This document shows positions 1 to 9,968 of a DNA stretch of 64,000 nucleotides, piece after piece. The position numbers and the translations under genes are program-made. The number at the start of each line of letters is the position of its first letter. The stretch's first letter is position 1. Origin of the DNA: Cyanophora paradoxa CCMP329 (lineage: Eukaryota > Plantae > Glaucophyta); the NCBI GenBank assembly GCA_004431415.1, contig QPMI01000162.1:1-64000 (forward strand). Direction: 5' to 3'. The notes beneath the pieces are model-generated. The model was not told where the DNA came from and ran no database searches. It saw only the letters and a program-made list of their open reading frames with translations.

Positions 1-533
1 CGCGGGCCGCGCGCGGGCCCGGCCGCGCGGGCGGCGGGCGGAGGCGATTGCAATTGCGACCCTAGATGGTTCGCCCTCGGCTCCGTGACAGTGAGTCGCG
101 ACTCAGTGACTCTACGTATACCGGTGCGGCCGCCGGGCAGTATACGTATACGTACCGTCTCTCAGAGTGACAGAGTCTACGCCGGCTAGCTCGACGTGCG
201 AGTCGGTGCGACGTCGACTCTCTCGGACGCCGAGTACATGTACAGTGTACACTATAGGCTATAGCTATGTCCTATAGCTCTAGCTATAGGGCTTTCCATA
301 GCTAGAAAAAGGAGTATGTAGTTCGCTTATCAATCGGGGCACCCCCTTCCTTTCCCTTTCCCCGACCCTAGAATCTGACTTTCTCTCTATTCTTGTGTAA
401 TCAGAAAACCTCTTTACACGTTAAACAATCTGTAATAGAAGAACAAAAACGTAATAAAAGTACAAGGTTTTCAATTATCCGAAGAAGACTAGACTAGTGA
501 AATTAAAGGGAAAGGGAAAGATAGAACGAAAGC

Positions 534-1126
534 CTACATCATATCCTCGAATTGTTGCCGATCGTCCCGCTTGGTTCCTGGCGGGAGGAGTGTGATTTGA
601 GCACGAAATGGACTGGAGGGCGGGTCCCGAACCGCGGGCGCATCCTCGTCGGCCTCGTCGACGTCGGCCTCGTCGGCCTTGCGCTTGCGGCTGCTGGAGG
701 GCGAGGGATCGGGCGGCGTTGCTCCATCTTCTGCACGAGGATTAAGGTCGGGGCGCGAGGCACGGGTCGGCACTGCGCACCTTTCGGAGAGTCCACGGGC
801 GTGGCGACCGGTACGGGGGCTTGGCGGGCGCCCCTGCCTCGGCCGCGTGCGGCTCCGCGCGCGCGCCCCCGGATACGAGGTGCTTTCTTCGCGGGAGCGA
901 AGCTTTGGCGACCTCTAGGCTTCCGCGGGGCCGTTGCCGGGCGCCCCGCGGTCGCCGCCGATGCTGCGGGCGCCGATGCGGTCGCCGCCGATGCTGCGGG
1001 CGACGCGGGCGCCGACGCGGTCGCCGCCGATGCTGCGGGCGACGCGGGTGCCGACGCAGGCGCCGCGGCCTCCGCCGCGTCCTCGGAAGGCCTCCCTGCG
1101 CGCTTGCCCTGCGAAATGCTTCGCAC
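534..1126 (-). CDS. Ala/Pro-rich then basic low-complexity ORF, possibly the frameshifted C-terminal tail of the AAA+ gene
   Basis: ASAPASPAASAAT repeats followed by KKAPRIRGRARG. Lies just downstream of the AAA exons on the same strand and is followed by AT-rich UTR-like sequence. Confidence 0.35.
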
Positions 1127-1157
1127 TGCGCGATGGACCGGCCGTCCGGCGGCTCCT

Positions 1158-2440
1158 TTAACTCCCTCGGCGGACGGCCTGTTTCACGCTCTCGTAGTCG
1201 ATGTCCCTTTTCCTGTCGTCCTGATCAAGAAAGAACGGGGCACGCGATGGGCCCCGGCGACGGACCTGATGCTTCTGAGTTTTTCCCCGAAAATCTCTCG
1301 AAGACCTGGTACGTGAAGCCCCCGACATTTCGTCCGACGCGAGCTCGTCGAGGTTCACGTCGGCGAAGCACTCCTCGCGGAAGAGATGCTTGTTCGTCGG
1401 GGAGAGTTCCCGCCCCTGCCGCTTCTCGTTCTCCTTAAGGAGCGCCTTCTCGTGCTCGAACTTCATGATGGACTTGATGATCTCGCGGCGGAATTCGGCG
1501 TTGGGTGCGGGAAGGAAGATGCTGCGGAACGGGATTAAACGCGAAGGAATACGTGCAGGACGGCGTACTGCTTGCGGAAGCGACGAAAGAACTTGGCGTC
1601 CATGTCGAGCGGATAGTTGGTCGCGGCGATTACAATCGGACCGCGGCCGGGGTCGCCTGTGCGAACTCGCCGGTGCTCGACCTCGTTGTAGAGTTTGTCC
1701 ATCGCCGTCGCAAACTAACACCCTGTGAGTCGCGGGAGGCGTGCACGAGCACTCGAGCGTACCGTGTTCATGACCTGTTTCTGCAGTTCGTCCAACGACG
1801 CCTTGGAAGCTGGGACGGTCGCATCCACCTCGCTGGACCAAACGTTACCGAGAGCGCCATATTATGCATTGCAGGGAGCGAAAATATACGCACTCGCACA
1901 TTAAGATGACGTCCTGCACGTCGTAGGCGATGTCGAAGAACGCCTCGACGATCTTTGCGGCTTGCCCGTACTGCTGCAAGATCAGGGATGGAACGGGTGC
2001 GCGGGCGAACGGGCGAGCACATATTCGCTGATCTGCGACGGCTTGTACTCGAGGAAGCTGTAGCCGATGCGGCGAGCGAGCTCGCGCGCGAACTGTGACT
2101 TGCCTGTGCCCTGCGCAACGCGAATCAGAGAGCGCGAAGCGGGCCCCCGCGCGGAAGCACGGACCGGGCGGCCGAACAAGAGGACTCCAGTGGGCGAGAG
2201 ACGCTGAAGGGACGGCCACCCGTCCGCCGCCTCGTCTTCCGGGTCGGGTTCCAACCGTTTTGGACCGAGGGCTCCCTCGAGGTCTTCCATGTCCCCTCCG
2301 GAACGACTGGCGACGCAGAGTCGGATAAGGTTCATCGAGGCGCGGGCGACACGCTCGCACATAGGGTGCATGCTCTTGAGGCGCTCGTTGTCGATGAACG
2401 CGTTGCGGATGCCTTCGTGGACGCCGCCCTGAGCAGACGT
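1158..2440 (-). CDS. Classical-clade AAA+ ATPase (CDC48/spastin-like core), multi-exon; N-terminus unresolved
   Basis: After removing short introns (e.g. 2111-2164): Walker A GVLLFGRPGTGKS, Walker B VILMCDEVD, KQVMNTFATAMD, second region of homology IVIAATNYPLDMDAKFFRRF, then IFLPAPNAEFRREII and DVNLDELA. Confidence 0.85.
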
Positions 2441-2992
2441 CCGCCTTGCTCAACGCCGTTTCGAAGTCCACTTTTCTGTCGCGATCGGGAACGTGAGAAC
2501 GGTCGCCCCCGCCGCGAGGTGCGGTTAAGAGCACCGATCCATGTCGGGGGCGGGTCTCGGGCCATCGCGACCGCCATCGGGGTGCAGGTAGAGGGGTTGT
2601 TCGGATGGTAGATCGGATCTCGGGGTCGAGGAGGCATGACAGAAGGGCGTCGTCGCACGCAACCTTTTTCCGCCACGTGTGCTTCCAGCGACCTTCGGAC
2701 GGCTTGATGAGCTCATCTCCGCGCTCGCTTCTGCCGCCTACTCTCCTCGCTCTTCGACGCTCGATCGCCCTTGGGCGGGGCGGCGGGGCGCGGCCGCCGC
2801 GCCGGAGCCGTCGGCGCCGCGCCCGCCCCCGACGCGCGTGCTCCTCCACATCGAGACCGCTGCCAAGAGAGAAGTTGGGCGCGTTGAGCTTCTTCACGTG
2901 CGTTCGCGTCGTTTTCGGGCCATCATGAGCAGACAGGAAACGCCCGGAGCGCCGCGCCGATCTTGCGAATCCGCAGAAGCTGCGAGCGAGGG

Positions 2993-4306
2993 TCAGGGTG
3001 GCGCCCGCGCGACGAGCGGGATCGGGCGGACCACATCGACCAAATTCTTCTTCCCTTTTCGGTGTCGATGTGATCGACCGTCTTGTCGCGAAAGTCTTGG
3101 ACCGTCCCGACGTTTCGAGGGAGAGCATCTTCGCCCAGTCAGCTTGCCGTGTGGATCTTCATCGAAATCCGCGATCCTCTCCCCGACGAGGCCTCGAATC
3201 CGTTCGCTCAGGGTCTTGCTGCTGATCATGAACGACTCGACCGCTCGCCCGCCTTCTCCGCGCATCCTCCTCCATTATCCGCCGACCCTCGAAGTCGTAG
3301 AAAGGGCGACGTACTGCGACGAAAGAGCTCGTCGGCGGGCAAAGTGGGAATGGGATTGGGGGGCGTTGTACCTGGCAACCATCATGAAGGTCGCGGTGTT
3401 CTCCAGCTCGCCTGCCGTGAGGATGGAAGCTGCCGCCAACATGAACCGATCCAGCTCCCTGTACTTGCTCGGATCGTTCTTGATTTGCGAGATGAGATCC
3501 ACAGGTGCGGAGGAGGCGAGCCCGCGCATGGCGCGGACAGCTCGCCCGACGCGACGGGTTGACGCTGACAAAGGCGCTGTTGGAGGAGCTTTCGATCGCG
3601 TCCGCCACCACATTGCCCACTGGCGCGGCACCGTGCTCGACGGCAAGGTGCGGCCGGCGAATGCTGAGGTGGTCGAGGACGACCCGCCGAAAGCTGCCAA
3701 GCCAGCCATCCGCGAGATCTCGACGATGGCCTCCGCCTGCGCTCGACCGTCGCGTCGGCGTGACGCGTACGGCCCTTGCGCGGGCGGTCTGGATCGTCGT
3801 CCGAATCGTCGCCAGCTTCTTCGTCCTCCTCGTCCTCCTCGTTCTCCTCGTTTTCTTCTCCTCGGTCGCCGTCGCCGGCTTGCGTCGCCGGCCTTGCCGT
3901 CGCGCGTTCGCCTTCTTGGGACTCCTTTCTTCTGCTGGCGCTGCCCTTTCTTCGGCTTCTTTTCGCTCGCCTTGGCCGAGTCGAACACGCGCTTGAACAG
4001 GTCCACCGCTGGTTTGCTGCCGCTGCAGGCCTCCGGAAGCCCCGCAATGTCGTGGTACTTTGCACAGACGGAGCCTGTGTTCCCGAGATTGACGGCCTCG
4101 GGACTCCTCCGCATTCGCTGCGCGTCGAGCGGTTTACAACGAGACACTCTACACACTCGGTACGATGCGCACCACCCCGCAACCGCGTTCCTGTAGCTGC
4201 GGAAGCGCTCGTCCGAGATGAAGCACGGAAGACACAATCGGCGTCGTGCGCCGCAGTCGGGCTTGCAGAACGAGACCGGAGCAACACACCTGCTTACATA
4301 CGACAC
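2993..4306 (-). CDS. Hypothetical protein with Cys-rich N-terminus, Lys-rich and acidic tracts; disrupted by frameshifts or unresolved introns, possibly the N-terminal part of the AAA gene
   Basis: ORF 3275-4306 has CKPDC, CLPC and CASYRVC motifs and KKPKK. An acidic EENEENEEDEEDEE tract lies in another frame. Confidence 0.35.
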
Positions 4307-5280
4307 AATGACCTCCGCTGCGGATCGGCGTTAGCGGAGCAGGGCGCGCTCGTCAAAGCGCGCACCCGTCGGCTGGGGCGGCGGGGCGGCGTTCGGCGGC
4401 TCTGCGGGCCTCCGCTCCCGCCCGGCTGCATCCGCTACGCTTAACAGACTGCTCTGCGCGTGGAGCCGAGCTTTCACGGTACCCAGCCGCAACCGTGTAT
4501 CCCATCTGCTAAGACGCGTTCCAGCCGGTCTGCCGCGTTTTTTCGACCCTTTCGGGCATAGTTGACCCCCGGGCCCCTTTCCGACCGTAGCCCCGCATGT
4601 GGACGACAGCGCCGGCGAATTCGTGTGCGTTCGTTTCGTATGCAGCATGGCGCGCATGTCGGCGCGCCCTTGCGTGCCCTCGCGAGCGCGAACACGAGAG
4701 GTCGAGCGAACATCGTGCTCCACACCCCCCAGCCGTGCGTTACTGATACTCCTTGGCTCTCGAAAGATGACTCGCCATCCAACGTTAACACGTACAAAAG
4801 CTCTCTCGAACGCGCAAGAGTTCCTCGAAACCGGAGCAGTTAGTTGGCCATGGGGCCTCCTTTGCCCGCCCGCGTCCCCGCGGCCGTCACGGAGCCGCCC
4901 TGAATCCTTCTAAAGGCTCGACGCAGTCGTCCGCCGCCACTCTTGACGCGCTCGCGCAGATGCCGATCGGGCCCGCGGCGAAGACGATGCAATTGCAAGC
5001 CCTGCGACGCGGTTCGGCTCGTCGCTCCTCGCGCGACCTGCGCCGGGTCGGAGCGAGAGCTTATTATGCTTAGAAACAGGCCGCCGGGGCAGGTGGAGCT
5101 CTCAACGCGCACCTTGGGCGTCGTTCGTCCGCACCCCGGCCCGACGCCCGTTTCGTCTACCAGAGTCATCCCGCCGCGCAGATGGAGGTTATAATTGAGC
5201 TCGCGGAGTACGATGAAAACCGCCCATCGCCGCCCTCCGCCACTCGTCCCCTCACCCCCCCCCCCCCCCCCCCCCCCCGG

Positions 5281-5392
5281 CGGCCGTCACGGAGCGGCGG
5301 CGCGTTCGTCTAGGGCGGGGCGGCCGCGGCGCCGCCCGTACCCCCCTCGGCCGTCACGGAGCGGCGGCGATTCCGTCTAGGGCGCGGCCGGT
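5281..5392. repeat. 66-67-bp B-type tandem repeat, 2 copies
   Basis: Unit CGGCCGTCACGGAGCGGCGGCG..GTCTAGGGCG at 5281 and 5348. Confidence 0.9.
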
Positions 5393-5397
5393 CCGAC

Positions 5398-6633
5398 ATC
5401 TCTTTCCTTTGCACCCCCGGCGGCGCGAGGTGAGCCCCTCGCCCGCCGCCGGCGCCCCCCTAGAGGGAACTGACTCGGCTCCGTGACGGGCGGCGGGGGT
5501 AGGCCCGTGTCTGTTTCCTTCGTTCCCCCGGCGGCGCGGTGAGCTCTTCGCCCCCCGCCGGCGCCGCGCTAGAGGGAACTGACTCGGCTCCGTGACGGGC
5601 GGCGGGGGTAGGCCCTCATCTCTTTCCTTCGTACCCCCGGCGGCGCGGTGAGCCCCTCGCCCGACGCCGGCGCCCCCCTAGAGGGAACTGACTCGGCTCC
5701 GTGACGGGCGGCGGGGGTAGGCCCGCATCTCTTTCCTTCGTACCCCCGGCGGCGCGGTAAGCCCCTCGCCCGACGCCGGCGCCGCCCTAGAGGGAACTGA
5801 CTCGGCTCCGTGACGGGCGGCGGGGGTAGGCCCGCATCGCTTTCCTTCGTACCCCCGGCGGCGCGGTGAGCCCCTCGCCCGACGCCGGCGCCCCTCTAGA
5901 GGAAACTGAGTCGGCTCCGTGACGGGCGGCGGGGGTAGGCCCGCATCTCTTTCCTTCGTACCCCCGGCGGCGCGGTAAGCCCCTCGCCCGACGCCGGCGC
6001 CGCGCTAGAGGGAACTGACTCGGCTCCGTGACGGGCGGCGGGGGTAGGCCCGTGTCTCTCTCCTTCGTACCCCCGGCGGCGCGGTAAGCCCCTCGCCCGA
6101 CGCCGGCGCCGCGCTAGAGGGAACTGACTCGGCTCCGTGACGGGCGGCGGGGGTAGGCCCGTGTCTCTCTCCTTCGTACCCCCGGCGGCGCGGTAAGCCC
6201 CTCGCCCGACGCCGGCGCCGCGCTAGAGGGAACTGACTCGGCTCCGTGACGGGCGGCGGGGGTAGGCCCGTGTCTCTCTCCTTCGTACCCCGGCGGCGCG
6301 GTAAGCTCCTCGCCCGACGCCGGCGCCGCGCTAGAGGGAACTGACTCGGCTCCGTGACGGGCGGCGGGGGTAGGCCCGTGTCTCTCTCCTTCGTACCCCC
6401 GGCGGCGCGGTAAGCCCCTCGCCCGACGCCGGCGCCGCGCTAGAGGGAACTGACTCGGCTCCGTGACGGGCGGCGGGGGTAGGCCCGTGTCTCTCTCCTT
6501 CGTACCCCGGCGGCGCGGTAAGCTCCTCGCCCGACGCCGGCGCCGCGCTAGAGGGAACTGACTCGGCTCCGTGACGGCGGGGGTAGGCCCGTGTCTCTCT
6601 CCTTCGTACCCCCGGCGGCGCGGTAAGCTCCTC
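5398..6633. repeat. 109-bp A-type tandem array, about 11 copies
   Basis: TAGAGG(G/A)AACTGA.TCGGCTCCGTGAC anchors at 5461, 5570, 5679, 5788, 5897, 6006, 6115, 6224, 6332, 6441 and 6549. Confidence 0.97.
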
Positions 6634-6644
6634 GTGTCACCCAT

Positions 6645-6790
6645 ATCCCCTAAGTTGTCACTAAGATATATATAAAAAGCCGAATAGATAACGAGTACAA
6701 CTCTCATCCCCGCCCGCGCAGATGGAGGAGCCCACCGACTTCGCGGGGTACGAAGGAAAGAAGACAGAGCCCACCGCCGCCCTCCGCCGC
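6645..6790. promoter_or_regulatory. AT-rich spacer core between the A and B arrays, copy 1 (TATA-like or unwinding-element-like)
   Basis: AGTTGTCACTAAGATATATATAAAAAGCCGAATAGATAACGAGTACAACT, with imperfect inverted arms AGTTGT(C)ACT / AGTACAACT. A near-identical copy lies at ~9330-9475. Confidence 0.5.
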
Positions 6791-7060
6791 CCGTACCCCC
6801 CTCGGCCGTCACGGAGCGGCGGCGATTCCGTCTAGGGCGGGGCGGCCGCGGCGCCGCCCGTACCCCCCTCGGCCGTCACGGAGCGGCGGCGATTCCGTCT
6901 AGGGCGGGGCGGCCGCGGCGCCGCCCGTACCCCCTCGGCCGTCACGGAGCGGCGGCGATTCCGTCTAGGGCGGGGCGGACGCGGCGCCGCCCGTACCCCC
7001 TCGGCCGTCACGGAGCGGCGGCGATTCGGTGTAGGGCGCGGCCGGTCTCCTTCCTCGGCC
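6790..7060. repeat. 66-67-bp B-type tandem array, 4 copies
   Basis: Units start at 6803, 6870, 6936 and 7002. Confidence 0.95.
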
Positions 7061-7355
7061 GTGCACCGCCTCTACACCCTTCACGTTCAGCCTTTCCCGC
7101 AGTCACGTGCCCTCGTTCGCTTCCACATGCCCTCTACGACGCCTCTTCCGCCCCGTACCCCTCGATACCCCGGCCCGCCCGCCCAACTCCCGCCGTCGCT
7201 CGCGGATCGCGAGCCGACTGCGCGCGCTGTTCTCGAATATACGTGATTTGCGGATTCAAACGATACGCTGGACGCGTGGGGCGGGGAAGGCGCTTTCGCT
7301 CGAATTCAACTGACGGCGTGCTTAAAGGCGGAGCAGACGGTCCCTGGACGCACAT

Positions 7356-7852
7356 TTGCCATCGACCTCGACGATCATGGAGGCCTCTACCGTCGTTCAA
7401 AACGCCGCCCGTCGCATCTCCAGCGCCCTCGTCGCCGGTCGACCGATCGCCCTCGCGCTCCGGACTCCGACCCTGCTCAAGCGCGTCGCCGAGGTCGTCG
7501 AGCCCGCCGTCGCCAGCCTCCTCGTGCGCGCACACGTCGTCGTACTGCCGGAGCCGCGCGGCCACTGGCTCGTCCGCATCACCCCGCCCGGAGCTCAGGA
7601 GCCCGCCTCTTGGGGATCAGCGACCGAACTCCCCGCCTCCGAGAGCGCCGTCCTCGCCCTGCTCGCGGGATTGAGACCGTCGTCGCCCGCTTCGCGCGGG
7701 CCGAGGCGGACGAGCTCTCCGCAAAGATCCTCGCGGATCCGCGCATCGCGCACCTGCGGCGCCGCGTGGGCGTCACGCGCCAGGAGGTACCCGGAGCACC
7801 GAATTCGATCTTCTGTGTTTACGCGGTCGGCCGCGGCGCGAGCCGTAGTTGA
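7356..7852 (+). CDS. Small orphan protein between the two repeat modules, one apparent frameshift near 7670
   Basis: Protein-like MEASTVVQNAARRISSALVAGRPIALAL...LALLAG continues in another frame as IETVVARFARAEADELSAKILADPRIAHL. Confidence 0.4.
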
Positions 7853-8574
7853 CGCGTTCGTAGGCTCCGTACAGCTAGAAAACGCAGCGCTATAGCTGTA
7901 GCCACGCCGTGATGCAAATTTTAAGCTCGTCGACGTCTGTGATTCGTAAATGCGTACCCCAAATCCGCTGCTCATGGGAGCGAGCCGGGGCGAGCTTTGA
8001 GGCGAGCTGCGAGGCGCGTCGCTGTCTAGCGCTCGTTGCGGGCCTTGCGCTCGCACAGCGAGCGTCCAGCGGGCCAAATCGGCATGAGACCGGAACGTAT
8101 CGTTGCAGCGCCCCCAGCGCGACGCAGATGCGGCGGTTGGCGTGAGAGAGCCGCGGATCGGAGACCTCGGCGGCTCGGATCGCCTCGGCTTCGTGCCGGC
8201 GGATGTGGCGCGCGCCCGAGGTACTTGTAACCTTCGCCTCCGGCCGCAACAGCTTCCGGACGATAGATGGCGGAGGAATGGTGCGCCGTGCCATCGCGCC
8301 GCGCAGCGAGGTCGAGCGCCTTGATAGCTTACATCGCGCAGGCCTGGGTCGTTCGCGGCCGGCGCGGACGAGCTCGAGGCCCGGCGGCCGCGGCCTCGAT
8401 CGAGCGCCCGGAGGCTACGTGCGCGTTCTACCGACACGGCCCGAGCTCCGTGATAGGCGGCGTGGACCAACGCCGGACGGGCGCGCGGCCAACCTAAGCG
8501 GATCCGGAGTCGCGTTCGCGAGCTGTCGCCTTCGTTACGATAGGTGCGCCCGTTCCTCAGCGCCGGTGTCGCGT

Positions 8575-9318
8575 TAGAGGGAACCGACGCGGCTCCGTGA
8601 CGGGCGGCGGGGGTAGGTGCACCCCTCAGGGCCTCCTTCGTTCGTACCCCGCGTAGGCTATGAGCGCCGCGGCCGACGCCGGCGCCGCCCTAGAGGGAAC
8701 TGACGCGGCTCCGTGACGGGCGGCGGGGGTAGGCCCGCATCGCTTTCCTTCGTACCCCCGGCGGCGCGGTAAGCCCTTCGCCCGCCGCCGGCGCCGCCCT
8801 AGAGGGAACCGACTCGGCTCCGTGATGGGCGGCGGGGTAGGCCCGCATCGCTTTCCTTCGTACCCCCGGCGGCGCGGTAAGCCCTTCGCCCGCCGCCAGC
8901 GCCGCCCTAGAGGGAACTGACTCGGCTCCGTGACGGGCGGCGGGGTAGGCCCGCACCTCTTTCCTTCGTACCCCCCGCGGCGCGGTACGCCCCTCGCCCG
9001 ACGCCGGCGCCGCCCTAGAGGGAACTGACTCGGCTCCGTGACGGGCGGCGGGGGTAGGCCCGCATCGCTTTCCTTCGTACCCCCGGCGGCGCGGTAAGCT
9101 CCTCGCCCGACGCCGGCGCCGCCCTAGAGGGAACTGACTCGGATCCGTGACGGGCGGCGGGGGTAGGCCCGCATCTCTTTCCTTCGTTCCCCCCGCGGCG
9201 CGGTGAGCTCTTCACCCGCCGCCGGCGCCGCCCTAGAGGGAACTGGCTCGGCTCCGTGACGGCGGGGGTAGGCCCGTGTCTCTTTCCTTCGTACCCCCGG
9301 CGGCGCGGTAAGCTCCTC
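8575..9318. repeat. 109-bp A-type tandem array, 7 copies (first degenerate)
   Basis: Anchors at about 8575, 8691, 8800, 8908, 9016, 9125 and 9234. Confidence 0.95.
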
Positions 9319-9329
9319 GTGCTACCCAA

Positions 9330-9475
9330 ACCCCTGAAGTTGTCACTAAGATAAATATTAAAAGCCGAAAAGATAACGAGTACAACTCTCATCCCCGCCC
9401 GCGCAGATGGAGGAGCCCACCGACTTCACGGGGTACGAAGGAAAGAGGACGGAGCCCACCGCCGCCCTCCGCCGC
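9330..9475. promoter_or_regulatory. AT-rich spacer core, copy 2
   Basis: AGTTGTCACTAAGATAAATATTAAAAGCCGAAAAGATAACGAGTACAACTCTCATCCCCGCCCGCGCAGATGGAGG, a direct repeat of 6645-6790. Confidence 0.5.
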
Positions 9476-9479
9476 CCGT

Positions 9480-9735
9480 ACCCCCCCTCGGCCGTCACGG
9501 AGCGGCGGCGATTCCGTCTAGGGCGGGGCGGCCGCGGCGCCGCGCGTACCCCCCTCGGCCGTCACGGAGCGGCGGCGCCTCCGTCTAGGGCGGGGCGGCC
9601 GCGGCGCCGCGCGTACCCCCCTCGGCCGTCACGGAGCGGCGGCGCCTCCGTCTAGGGCGGGGCGGCCGCGGCGCCGCGCGTACCCCCCTCGGCCGTCACG
9701 GAGCGGCGGCGATTCCGTCTAGGGTGCGGCCGGTC
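9480..9735. repeat. 66-67-bp B-type tandem array, 4 copies
   Basis: Units start at 9488, 9556, 9623 and 9690. Confidence 0.95.
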
Positions 9736-9968
9736 TTCTCCCTCCACCGTGTACCCCCTCTTCGGCCATCGCGGTACTTCCTTCCCGCCATCGCAACGCA
9801 TATACCAAGCAATAACTCGCGTACACGCACAGGAGCGGGCGCTTTCCGCCGTCACAGAGCGGATGGGAATCCTCCAAGGCCCGGGTCGGCTCTGTCGAGC
9901 GCGTGAGCGAGCCATCTCCCGCCCCTAGGACAACTGCCCGTCGCTCCGTGACAATACCGATCCTTCGC

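Noticed and set aside
395-409. Possible terminal inverted repeat with 15774-15788 (GTGTAATCAGAAAAC vs GTGTAATAGGAAAAC)
   Set aside because: A 13/15 match between AT-rich stretches could be chance. The right-hand TTACACGGTA also resembles an unrelated pogo end. Other copies are needed to test it.
6114-6812. ORFs running through the repeat arrays (also 8690-9655 and 51798-53263)
   Set aside because: They are by-products of stop-poor GC-rich repeats. The unit lengths (109 and ~112) are not multiples of three.
5281-9735. CRISPR-like array
   Set aside because: The units are near-identical along their whole length with no unique spacers, there are no cas genes, and the context is eukaryotic.
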